64,000 bases of DNA from Cyanobacteria bacterium P01_A01_bin.123 (GCA_039815185.1 JBCBZT010000019.1:1-64000), one strand, 5' to 3'; shown: positions 20,075 through 29,175, numbered from the stretch's first letter. A program made the numbers and translations. The notes: generated from the letters alone by a model not told the origin.

Positions 20075-21280
20075 TTATTTAGGCTCAACAGATACAAAAA
20101 TGACTGCGACTCCCGATATATCTTTAAGCGCTATTGAGGCGACTATATCGCCAGCATTTGTGCGTTTCTCTCCACCATCAGCATTAGACAACGCTAAAAG
20201 ACTTTCGCTAATCCAGGCGTCCCATTCATAGCCGGGGGCGATTGCATTCAGGAATGCTACCTTGTAAACGGCTAGTAGAGCTGTCTGCGAATCCGACATT
20301 CCTTGAGTAATAAACGTTGTTAAAGTAGCCTCTGTTATATTATTGCCAGTGCCATACAGCTCTATCATGGCAAGACCATCAGGAGAGTGCCCCAATAGTC
20401 TTGGTGTTCCGTCGTTTAGGGGAGAACTTTCAAAAGTGAACCCAACCTCGGCTTGATTGAAAGTCACTTTTCCCTCTGACCCATGGAGGTTGATAGTGGG
20501 CGTCAGCGCAAGACTAAGCTCCTGTGCATGCTTCAGATTATTCTGATACTCATCAGCTTTAGCTTGGGCTGTTGGGTAATTCTCATTGGACTCTGGCACA
20601 GCCTTCATTAAGACGATCGCTTCACGCCAGAGACTCGCGACAGTGTTCCATTCATCATGGCTAACTGCTGTTTTTGAAGCATCAACAGCAGCCCGTGCGT
20701 GATTGATCGCATCATCATAAGAGCGGTCTGGAATCTCTGCCTCAACGTCTTGGGTTGGCACAAGACTAATTTCAGAAACGCGCTTAAGCGTTTCTATTAC
20801 AGCCCATCTATTGTTGCCAGCAAGCCCTAGGAGCACACTGCCCGATAAAACTAGTGTGGCCAGTCCTATGCCAATTCCTAAAAGCTGATTACGTTTCTGC
20901 TTAGATTGCTTATCTTTTACTGATTTTTGAACTTTAGAGGGCTTCACCACTTTTCTGGGTGACGCGTCGCCAACCTGAGGTTTCCTATCTAGACCTGCTA
21001 ATGTCCACTCCTGAGTCCAGGCAGTTTGTGAGGATTCCAGGACTTTAGATTTGACAAAGACACGCTCAAACCCGTGAGGTTTGATTTTGTTCAATCCAGT
21101 TTTAATGATGTCACCCAGCTTATGGCTAGGTTCAGTGTCTCCCTTCAGGAGAATTTTTAACAGCTTTCCACGGCGGCTGACAGTAACGGTAAACCCCTTT
21201 GGCTCAAAAGACTTATTGATCAAAGCTTCGATGGCCTTGATATCACCGAGCCTTGACGCGGCTTGCAAAGTGTCAGCCAT
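20075..21280 (-). CDS. Hypothetical single-pass membrane protein with TPR-like helical region
   Basis: 401-aa ORF with central TM and AIVLMKAVPES..NY..AQAKADEYQNNL segment of a type seen in cyanobacterial proteins. Confidence 0.75.
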   Translation of the reverse strand: MADTLQAASRLGDIKAIEALINKSFEPKGFTVTVSRRGKLLKILLKGDTEPSHKLGDIIKTGLNKIKPHGFERVFVKSKVLESSQTAWTQEWTLAGLDRKPQVGDASPRKVVKPSKVQKSVKDKQSKQKRNQLLGIGIGLATLVLSGSVLLGLAGNNRWAVIETLKRVSEISLVPTQDVEAEIPDRSYDDAINHARAAVDASKTAVSHDEWNTVASLWREAIVLMKAVPESNENYPTAQAKADEYQNNLKHAQELSLALTPTINLHGSEGKVTFNQAEVGFTFESSPLNDGTPRLLGHSPDGLAMIELYGTGNNITEATLTTFITQGMSDSQTALLAVYKVAFLNAIAPGYEWDAWISESLLALSNADGGEKRTNAGDIVASIALKDISGVAVIFVSVEPK

Positions 21281-21517
21281 GCTGGTTCCCTTGAAGGCCT
21301 AGGGCTATATACAACACCTGCTGTGATCGCCAGGATAAAAGACTCCAGGATTAATCTGAGAACTGCATGAGAATAGTCATTTGGCACGCTCAGAGAACCC
21401 TTATCCGATGCTCACAGACAGGTCAGGAGAGCTTCAGATACTCGCTGCACTATAGAAATCAAGATGAACGAGAACCAAAAGGTTCATTCCTCACCTGATT
21501 TCAAAGGAGCTGATTTG

Positions 21518-22027
21518 ATGAAACGCTTTGCCCTCTCTCTATTAACTGTTGCTCTAGCCTCTGCAACCGTCGCACCTATTGCCTACGCGTCACCTAACTT
21601 TGACCAACTGCGTCGTGAAAATCTAGAGAAAGACCAGAATAGCTTTGACCAACTGCGTGCAGAAAACCTAGAAAAGTCTAGCAAGTTAGACCAGCTACGC
21701 CGCGAAAACTTGGATAAGGATCAATCCAACCTAGATCAAATCCGTGAAGAAAACCTGGAGAAGTCCAGCAAGTTAGACCAGCTACGCCGCGAAAACTTGG
21801 ATAAGGATCAATCCAACCTAGATCAAATCCGTGAAGAAAACCTGGAGAAGTCCAGCAAGTTAGACCAGCTACGCCGCGAAAATCTAGACAAAGACCAGTC
21901 CAATCTGGATCAAATCCGTGAAGAAAACCTGGAGAAGTCCAGCAAGCTAGACCAACTACGCCGCGAGAACCTGGATAAGGATCAATCCAACTTGGATCAG
22001 ATCAGTGGTGAGATCTTGGTGGACTAA
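21518..22027 (+). CDS. Secreted tandem-repeat protein (alternating 15/14-aa units)
   Basis: AAGGAG RBS, Sec signal MKRFALSLLTVALASATVAPIAYA, then LDQLRRENLDKDQSN / LDQIREENLEKSSK repeats. Confidence 0.88.
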   Translation: MKRFALSLLTVALASATVAPIAYASPNFDQLRRENLEKDQNSFDQLRAENLEKSSKLDQLRRENLDKDQSNLDQIREENLEKSSKLDQLRRENLDKDQSNLDQIREENLEKSSKLDQLRRENLDKDQSNLDQIREENLEKSSKLDQLRRENLDKDQSNLDQISGEILVD

Positions 22028-22185
22028 AGCGATCGCTGACTTAAAACAGTAGCCTTTCCAATCAACAATAGGAAGGCTGCTGTGATTACCAAGTGCACTA
22101 CTACTCAGCCACTCGTGACTAGCACTGTTTTCTAGCTAGCATTTTTTGGGTAAGTGTGATCTGCATCAATCGCGATCGCGACTTT

Positions 22186-22300
22186 TGTCATTCCCAACGC
22201 ACTAGAGAATCACATCGCGGTGAAATCGTGGTCACCGCTCTATCCCTGCATTTAGCCGATGATTAAATCACAAGGAACGACACACATTGTTGAAATCATA
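22186..22300 (+). promoter_or_regulatory. Second structured leader paralogous to 19545-19598
   Basis: TGTCaTTCC/GGAACGACA outer stem, GCGGTGA/TCACCGC hairpin, shared AGCCGATG and AGGAAC, ATGATT/AATCAT pairing across the outer stem. Confidence 0.4.
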
Positions 22301-22328
22301 AAACGCACTTTTTTCTGAGGAGTTCCCT

Positions 22329-22367
22329 GTAAATCGCACCTATCGTGGCGTCAGCTACACCCGTTAG
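22329..22367 (+). pseudogene. 12-codon YRG mini-ORF / DUF4278 remnant (VNRTYRGVSYTR), no canonical start
   Basis: GAGGAG-6 nt-GTA AAT CGC ACC TAT CGT GGC GTC AGC TAC ACC CGT TAG; last 8 aa identical to the 19692 ORF. Confidence 0.6.
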
Positions 22368-22427
22368 TTTGACTCCGCCTCTTCTCCTTCCTCTCTGCCT
22401 GAACGCAAACGCAACACACACAACTCT

Positions 22428-22456
22428 TCCCCAGCGAATCGCTGGGGATTTTTTTT
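22428..22456 (+). terminator. Rho-independent terminator
   Basis: TCCCCAGCG-AAT-CGCTGGGGA then T8. Confidence 0.88.
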
Positions 22457-22626
22457 GCCTTATATTTCCTACACTGATGCCAGGGCTATAGCGGTAGCCA
22501 TAAAACTTTGTGCGCTACCGCGAGCCAGATTGCTTGTGGATTCAGCATCCTGGCGATATTCGGTGCATTAAGCAATCTGGCCAGCGCGATAAGACAAGAG
22601 TCGAAATCGAGACGGTGGGGTCAACT

Positions 22627-24762
22627 ATGCGATCGCAGTGGATTACAGGCACGTTTCTCAGCGGCAAGACGGCTCAACTGATTCAGCAGTTGATGGATTG
22701 GGACACTTTTGAACGTGATGCAGGACAGACCTGGCTCATGTTTGCCGCCAATGGCGACAACCGCATTGCCCTGGCAGAAAGGATTGCCGCAGCCACTGAG
22801 GGGCGGGTTGCCATAACTACCACCACCCCAGCGGGCTGGATTCAGGATGAAGTCGTACTATTTTGGCCACTTTTGGTGGAACAGGTGCCGCTCAAAGCCC
22901 AGTTTCCGCTCAAGCTACGGCCTGAAAATGAGCAAGAGTTGGCAACGCGATTGTGGCGATCGCAGCTTGATAATGCCGAACTTCAAGTGGCCGGGTGGCG
23001 AGAATATGATCTTGTGCGCCACGCGCTAGATTTTTTACAGTTGGCGGCTTCTGCTGGGGTGGCGGCTGAAGAGATTGGCACCATGCTCCAGGATGGAATG
23101 CCCGCCGGGATGGCTGAGGCTGAGATGTGGCAGGCCATTGCAGAGGCCTTAGTCAAGTGGCGTAACTGGTGTCTGCAACGGGGGTTGTTGCCGTACGGCG
23201 TGATGACTGAGCTGTATTGGCAGCATCTGCTGCCCCATCCAGACTATCAGGCCCAGCTCAAGACCCGGTTTTGCGGTGTGCTCGCCGATGATGTGGATGA
23301 CTACCCGGCGATCGCGCGGCAGTGGTTTTCGACATTTCTGGATTTAGCGTTGCCCTGTACCTTTACCTATAACCCAGATGCCCAGTTACGCCTGGGGTTG
23401 GGAGCCGATCCAGCGGACATGGCAACCCTAGCTGACTCGTGCGAGGCGGTGCAACTGTCACCCCCCACAGATACAATCGGCGCGACCTGGGCAGACACCT
23501 GGATTCAATGGGTGAATGAACCGTTCCAAGCGGTTCCGGAGTTACCCGAGATGCTGCGTTCGATTCAAACCGTGTCGCGGGGAGAGCTGTTACGCCTGAC
23601 GGCTGAAACGATTACGGAAGCCATTCATACCCGGCAGGTGCAGCCTTCAGATGTGGCGGTGATTGCCCCTGGGCTCGACGCCATTGGCCGCTATACCTTG
23701 ACTAACATCCTCACCCAACGGGGGATTGGGGTAGAAGCCTTGAGCGACCAGCGTCCCCCCATTAGTTCGCCCTTGGTGCGATCGCTGCTGACACTGCTCA
23801 CGCTGGTCTATCCGGGGTTGGGACGGTGGGTTGATCAAGACGCGATCGCCGAAATGCTGGTTGTCCTCAGCCAAGCCCCCAGTCTAGACGTCGGGCAACC
23901 CTGGATGGATCTGGTGCGCATTGATCCGGTGCGGGCAGAATTGCTCGCAGACCACTGTTTCGTCCCCGACCCTAATCAGCCCGAACTGTTGCCGGTCAAT
24001 CGCTTCCCCCGGTGGGATCGGCTGGGATTTCAAGCCACCCAAGCCTATGACGAGATCCGCGAGTGGATTGCGGACCAAAAACAACAGCAGCAACAACGCC
24101 TGTTGGCCAACGCGGTGTCCCTACTCGATCGGGCCATCCAGCGATTTTTGTGGCGCGGCAATCATCTGCCCTTTGATCAGTTAGCGACCCTGCGCGAACT
24201 AATGGAAACCGCTCAGTATTACTGGGAAGTGGAAGGGCGTTTGGCACTTTACCCAGACCCATTGGAACAGTCCCAGCACTCGGCACGCCCGATGGGGCGA
24301 CGCAAATCCGCGGAAACTGAAAAAAGCGTTGCCAATTTTATCCAGTTATTACGCAGCGGCACCGTCACCGCCAATCCCCACCCGGTCAAACCCCTCAACC
24401 CCAACCGCCAAAACATTACCTTGGCCACAGCCTACCAATATCGCACCTATCGCCTTAGCCATCCCTGGCATTTTTGGCTCGATGCCGGATCCCCCCGCTG
24501 GTTAACCAACATGGCAGACTTTCCCGGTTGGCCGATTTTCTTAAAAAACTGGTCGGGGCGATCGCTCACCACCCAGCAAATGGAAGAACTCAACGACAGT
24601 CGTCTGGCCTGTCAGCTCAAAGATCTGCTGGGACGGGTCACTCAAAGACTTTACCTTTGCCACAGCGACCTGGCGATCAGTGGTCAAGAACAGGTTGGGC
24701 CACTATTGAACTTAGTCACAGCGACCCAAACCGTGATCACACCACCCAAGCAGACGGCTTGA
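22627..24762 (+). CDS. Conserved cyanobacterial UvrD/AddB-like helicase-fold protein (probably degenerate ATPase)
   Basis: N-terminal GTFLSGKT (Walker A-like), VLADDVDDY (Walker B-like), DVAVIAPG, RVTQRLYLCHS. Confidence 0.7.
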   Translation: MRSQWITGTFLSGKTAQLIQQLMDWDTFERDAGQTWLMFAANGDNRIALAERIAAATEGRVAITTTTPAGWIQDEVVLFWPLLVEQVPLKAQFPLKLRPENEQELATRLWRSQLDNAELQVAGWREYDLVRHALDFLQLAASAGVAAEEIGTMLQDGMPAGMAEAEMWQAIAEALVKWRNWCLQRGLLPYGVMTELYWQHLLPHPDYQAQLKTRFCGVLADDVDDYPAIARQWFSTFLDLALPCTFTYNPDAQLRLGLGADPADMATLADSCEAVQLSPPTDTIGATWADTWIQWVNEPFQAVPELPEMLRSIQTVSRGELLRLTAETITEAIHTRQVQPSDVAVIAPGLDAIGRYTLTNILTQRGIGVEALSDQRPPISSPLVRSLLTLLTLVYPGLGRWVDQDAIAEMLVVLSQAPSLDVGQPWMDLVRIDPVRAELLADHCFVPDPNQPELLPVNRFPRWDRLGFQATQAYDEIREWIADQKQQQQQRLLANAVSLLDRAIQRFLWRGNHLPFDQLATLRELMETAQYYWEVEGRLALYPDPLEQSQHSARPMGRRKSAETEKSVANFIQLLRSGTVTANPHPVKPLNPNRQNITLATAYQYRTYRLSHPWHFWLDAGSPRWLTNMADFPGWPIFLKNWSGRSLTTQQMEELNDSRLACQLKDLLGRVTQRLYLCHSDLAISGQEQVGPLLNLVTATQTVITPPKQTA

Positions 24763-24782
24763 ACTAAATCAGGCGTATTGGT

Positions 24783-26390
24783 TTATGCCGGTTGGGCGCC
24801 GGGCTGTCCGTTTTCGACCACGAACGAGGCCAGCGTGCTGACCTCAGCCGTATTCTCCTGGATGGTTGACACGATGCGAAAATCACTTTGCCAAGTGTCA
24901 GGGGTGATGGTGCAGCGCACATACCCCCGGTTAACCCCGTCAAAAAACTTGGTATGGGGATTGCCGGGGAGTGCTGCTGCTACGAGCGCACTGGTTTCTG
25001 CATCATTGCCGCCAAAGCTAGACGAGATGGAGGTGCCGATAAACTCAGTACCCACGGTCTCAGAGGCCGGACTGTCAAAATCGGTCTTGATATCGTGGAC
25101 CCAGCTTGAGTGAATGTCACCTGTAATTACAATGGGATTAGAGGGCTTGCGGGCTTTTAGGAACTGAATGATGCGATCGCGTTGGCTGACATAGCCATCC
25201 CACTGATCAGGGTTGAAGAAATCCCCCGGCAAAAACTGGCTGTTGCCAAAATCAAATTGGGCAAACATCGTTTGCTGGGCAATCACATTCCAGCGTGCAG
25301 TTGAACGGTTCAAGCCCGAAAGCAACCAGCTTTCTTGACGGTTGCCCGTCATCGTTGCTTCGGGGTCAAATGCCCCATCACAGCGGGGGCCAAAGGTATC
25401 ATCACAGGGCTGGTCAGTGCGATATTGGCGCGTATCCAACACGTTAAACGTGACCAAATTGCCAAAGCTTAAGCGGCGATAGAGTTGCAAAAATGCGCCC
25501 CGAGCCATGGAAGCGGCTCGCAGTGGCATGTGCTCGTAATAAACCTGAGTGGCAATTTCACGTCGTTGAGCAAATGCCTCCGGACTTTGATCGTCTTCTG
25601 GCACAAAGCCTGCATAGTTATTGTCAACCTCATGATCATCCCACGTGAAGGTCCAAGGGAAGGCGGCATGGGCAGCCTTAAGATTGGGATCGCTTTTGTA
25701 CAGCGCGTAGCGATTGCGGTATGCCTCTAGCGTCACCACCTGTGGGCTGTTGTGCTGACGCACGGCATCTGAACTGATGCCCCCTTCATAGATGTAGTCT
25801 CCCAGGTGAATCACCAAATCCAGGTCTTCTTGGGCCATATTCTGATAGGCCGTATAGAAGCCGTTTTGATACTCCTGACAGGAGGCAAAGGCAAACTTGA
25901 ACTCGTCTACCGCTGCACCTGCAGCCGGAGCAGTGCGGGTGTGGCCAATGGGACTTTCTGCATTGCTGGCTTCAAAACGATACCAATAGTCCCGACCGGG
26001 TTGCAGTCCAGACACTTCAACATGAACCGAGTGGCCTAGGCTAGCAGGGGCAGTGGTCGTACCTTCCAACACCACATTTTGCAACGCTACATCAGTAGCA
26101 ACGGTATAAGTCACAGCAACATCCTCATTGGGCATACCGCCGCCGTTGAGCGGATCCGGGGCCAACCGGGTCCAAAGTACAACCCCATTGGGTAGAGGCT
26201 CACCGGAAGCGACCCCCAGCGTAAACGGGTCGCTAGAAAATTTGATTTGGGCAAGCGCCCGCCGGGGCCATTGCCCCGCAATCAGGAGTCCGGTAAATGC
26301 GCCCGTCCCCATTAACAAGCTTCGCCGTTGTAGACGAGTGGATAATAGCCGTTCAAACAATGAGCGTTGCATATCTACGTCCTTCGACAT
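24783..26390 (-). CDS. phoD: Alkaline phosphatase D family, Tat-exported
   Basis: QRRSLL twin-arginine signal, FTLGVASGEP, HLGDYIYE, WDDHEVDNN, LDTRQYR, TGDIHS. Confidence 0.95.
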   Translation of the reverse strand: MSKDVDMQRSLFERLLSTRLQRRSLLMGTGAFTGLLIAGQWPRRALAQIKFSSDPFTLGVASGEPLPNGVVLWTRLAPDPLNGGGMPNEDVAVTYTVATDVALQNVVLEGTTTAPASLGHSVHVEVSGLQPGRDYWYRFEASNAESPIGHTRTAPAAGAAVDEFKFAFASCQEYQNGFYTAYQNMAQEDLDLVIHLGDYIYEGGISSDAVRQHNSPQVVTLEAYRNRYALYKSDPNLKAAHAAFPWTFTWDDHEVDNNYAGFVPEDDQSPEAFAQRREIATQVYYEHMPLRAASMARGAFLQLYRRLSFGNLVTFNVLDTRQYRTDQPCDDTFGPRCDGAFDPEATMTGNRQESWLLSGLNRSTARWNVIAQQTMFAQFDFGNSQFLPGDFFNPDQWDGYVSQRDRIIQFLKARKPSNPIVITGDIHSSWVHDIKTDFDSPASETVGTEFIGTSISSSFGGNDAETSALVAAALPGNPHTKFFDGVNRGYVRCTITPDTWQSDFRIVSTIQENTAEVSTLASFVVENGQPGAQPA

Positions 26391-26425
26391 CCAGGTGAGT
26401 AGGGTTTGATGACTTGATTGAGTGA

Positions 26426-26472
26426 CTGAATTTGACAGCCTGAATTTGACAGCCTGAATTTGACAGCTTGAA
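26426..26472. repeat. 14-bp tandem repeat x3
   Basis: (CTGAATTTGACAGC)x3 followed by TTGAA. Confidence 0.9.
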
Positions 26473-26507
26473 CCGGGGGGAGTTCATTGCTGCCTACCTC
26501 GGGGGTG

Positions 26508-27101
26508 CTAATTCCTTAGCGATCGCTTTAACGCTGCCGCCCCTGCCATGACCACTAAGCCCGTTAGCAACGCAGGCTCAGGTACAGCGGTCGGTTCAGT
26601 GACAGGGTTAGGTTCAGCAAAGGCAACCGTGCCAGTGTTGGTCTGAAACGTTGCAAAATCATCCGTAAAGAATTCAAAATTGCCGCTGCCCAGAGGTTCT
26701 TCACGAAATTGAAAGGCCAGATTTGGGGTAATTGAAACGGAATAGTCTAATCCAGCCAATTCGCCATCTTGGAAAGTTGCTAAAGGGAAGCCAGCACTAA
26801 TATCATCATCTGCTTCTGTATAGGTAACGGGGGTGGTTAAATCCGCACCAACGTAGGTGAAGTCAAGGGACACTAGCCCGGAAGCCAGGTCTATCAGCTC
26901 AGTTCCCACCCCGGTGAGAAACTGATCGTCATAGATAACCTGACCCAGAAAGGTTTCCCCGAGTAAAAAGTCACCGCTGACAATATCGACAGAAAAATCT
27001 GCAGAAAACTGAGCCCCATTAGCCGATGCAACACCAATCGAAACTGAGCCGAGTAGTGCCCCAACATTGGCAATTGCAATTGCTTTAAGCCTGATCACCA
27101 T
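26508..27101 (-). CDS. PEP-CTERM sorting domain protein
   Basis: Signal peptide, acidic beta-rich body, VPEP + TM + KRSLRN. Confidence 0.9.
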   Translation of the reverse strand: MVIRLKAIAIANVGALLGSVSIGVASANGAQFSADFSVDIVSGDFLLGETFLGQVIYDDQFLTGVGTELIDLASGLVSLDFTYVGADLTTPVTYTEADDDISAGFPLATFQDGELAGLDYSVSITPNLAFQFREEPLGSGNFEFFTDDFATFQTNTGTVAFAEPNPVTEPTAVPEPALLTGLVVMAGAAALKRSLRN

Positions 27102-27446
27102 AGTTCAAAAACCCTAGATAAAATGCTTAAGTCGCGCAATAAGATTTCACTTTTAGATCCTCATCAGAAGGATAAGAACCTCAAAAACCTACAGAAGTTT
27201 TTGGATAGACATTCAACAACAAAACAGCTCGAAACAGCACTCAAAATTGGGATAGGTTTATGGGTCACTAAATCTTGAAACGCTTAATCTCTACTTAAGC
27301 GTTTGATAAGCGCCGTATAATTTTTGAAAAAATGTCAAATTGATACTACCCCTCAGTGCTAGAAAACACTTGTTTTCTACAACACATGATCAGGCGTTAG
27401 ACACCGACAAGTGATCATTCTTTAGCCTTTACCTGGGGCACTAAAT

Positions 27447-27504
27447 CCCATCCGATTTAGAACCTTGAGCAGGGGCGAGAGGCCCCTCGTCCCCTAGATG
27501 TGGG
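27447..27504 (+). repeat. Dispersed intergenic element, copy C (internally shortened)
   Basis: CCCATCCGATTTAGAACCTTGAGCAGGGGCGAG...CTCGTCCCCTAGATGTGGG. Confidence 0.7.
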
Positions 27505-27564
27505 CGCAGTGTGAGACTGATGTTCTATATCTCACAGTCAATTGTCTAGAATAGAAACAAATCC

Positions 27565-27774
27565 TTGATGCCTGTGGTGATCATGAAAGAAGAGAAGCAA
27601 AAGCGAATCGTATCCGCGCCTCAATCGGCCTTAGGTGCATCCTCAAGTCCCCCGGCTAACAGCGTTATCAGCGTTGAACTCAGTGCGGATGAGGATGTTG
27701 AGTGGACATGGGCGTCAATGCCTGACGGCTCAAAATATGTCAGCGGCTACACAATTGTCAAAAAAGCAAGCTAA
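27565..27774 (+). CDS. Small hypothetical protein
   Basis: 69-aa ORF (start may be ATG 27583) with protein-like C-terminus DEDVEWTWASMPDGSKYVSGYTIVKK. Confidence 0.6.
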   Translation: MMPVVIMKEEKQKRIVSAPQSALGASSSPPANSVISVELSADEDVEWTWASMPDGSKYVSGYTIVKKAS

Positions 27775-27776
27775 AT

Positions 27777-27854
27777 CCTATTCGGTTTGAAACCTTGAGC
27801 AGAAGCGAGAAGCCCCTCGCCTCTGCGAAGGAAAAACTATGGAGCTGGATTTGG
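27777..27854 (+). repeat. Dispersed intergenic element, copy D
   Basis: CCTATTCGGTTTGAAACCTTGAGCAG...AGGAAAAACTATGGAGCTGGATTTGG, directly after the stop of the 27565 ORF. Confidence 0.72.
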
Positions 27855-28140
27855 ACAGAGTTTAAGACAGGCATCTGCGATCGCAGGTCATTCAACCTGA
27901 CAAAGATATCTGATAAATTCCAGTCAGATAAAAATTGATAGTGCTAATGGCTTAAAGCCTTGTTGGTGTTGCAGACGTAACCTAGCAAGGCTTATTTTTT
28001 TCTAAGGAGTTTCAGTGTATATATAAAGACAGCTTTTTTAGAGTATTAGTAAGATACTCGCTCCTAGATATTAAGTTGACAAATCCCATTCGATTTGAAA
28101 ACTGTAAATTTTCTGGCTTCGGTAACTTATAGCGTTATTT

Positions 28141-29175
28141 ATGAAAAAACAGTCCAAGACCTTCCAACTTTCCGGAAGAGTTTATCTGATGATTGCCATT
28201 GTCATCTTTGGGGCCGCCAATGCGGTTACTCGTAAGCTGACTGACATTGGGGCAGCAAATTTAATTGACGATCGCAATCCGATTTCCTTTTGCAACGTCC
28301 TCTTCGTCGGTAATCTATGTGCGTTGATTATCTTGGCGTTTATCTATCAAAGCCAATGGCGAAAGCCGGTATTGAGGCAAATCAACTCAAAACAATGGCT
28401 AACGCTGACGTTAATTGCGGTCTTGAGTGCAGCCGTTGTGCCCACGCTGATTTTTACGGCCCTTTCATTAACCGCAGTCAATAACGTTATTTTGATTGGC
28501 CAAATCGACACACCATTAGTCCTAGCGCTGTCCGTACTGCTACTGGGGGAGCGGGTCAATGCCTGGGTCATCGGCGGTGCGGTTCTTGCGTTCATTGGTG
28601 TGGCGCTCACCGTGCTTATTCCCTCCCCTGGGAGTGACATGGTATCGATGGGTATGGGGTTTGAAATTGGCTTAGGTGGATTATTGACCCTAATTGCTGC
28701 TGTCTTTAAAGCGATTTCTAACCTGATTAGTAAGGTCAGTTTGCAGCAAATTCCGCTGGGGATTTTCAATGTTTTTAGAATGTTCGTCGGTACCATTGTC
28801 TTTTTTGTAGCGACGGCTGTGCTGTACGGGCCAGAGCACTTTATGGATGTGACTTCACCGTTTTTATGGCAGTGGATGTTGTTTTATAGCGCCGTCATTG
28901 TGGTGGGTGGTCAGCTAGCCTGGTTTAGCGGATTAAAGCGAAGTACCGCCAGCGAGATTTCCTTGGCAACGGCTTTCAACCCCATTACCGGGGTTTTAGC
29001 AGCCTATTTGATTTTGAGGGAGGCTCCAACCACTGCTCAGTATATTGGTGGGGCCGTTATTCTATGCGGCATTGTGCTAAACCAAATTGGGGTGCAGCAG
29101 CTCAATGCTAAGGTGCCTGAACAGCAGCCTACCCCTAAAGAAATGAGTGAAGCGATCGCGTTTAAGGGAGTTTGA
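28141..29175 (+). CDS. DMT/EamA family transporter
   Basis: About 10 TM helices in two EamA repeats, LLLGERV and LILREAPT..QYIGG. Confidence 0.9.
   Translation: MKKQSKTFQLSGRVYLMIAIVIFGAANAVTRKLTDIGAANLIDDRNPISFCNVLFVGNLCALIILAFIYQSQWRKPVLRQINSKQWLTLTLIAVLSAAVVPTLIFTALSLTAVNNVILIGQIDTPLVLALSVLLLGERVNAWVIGGAVLAFIGVALTVLIPSPGSDMVSMGMGFEIGLGGLLTLIAAVFKAISNLISKVSLQQIPLGIFNVFRMFVGTIVFFVATAVLYGPEHFMDVTSPFLWQWMLFYSAVIVVGGQLAWFSGLKRSTASEISLATAFNPITGVLAAYLILREAPTTAQYIGGAVILCGIVLNQIGVQQLNAKVPEQQPTPKEMSEAIAFKGV

Noticed and set aside
21595..22000. 87-bp DNA repeats as a CRISPR array
   Set aside because: No unique spacers; the repeats are in frame within a signal-peptide ORF and vary mostly at synonymous positions.
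22177..22192. CGCGAC-TTTT-GTCATT as a second site for the NarL-type regulator
   Set aside because: It overlaps a HIP1 site and the predicted RNA stem; a single imperfect match is compatible with chance.
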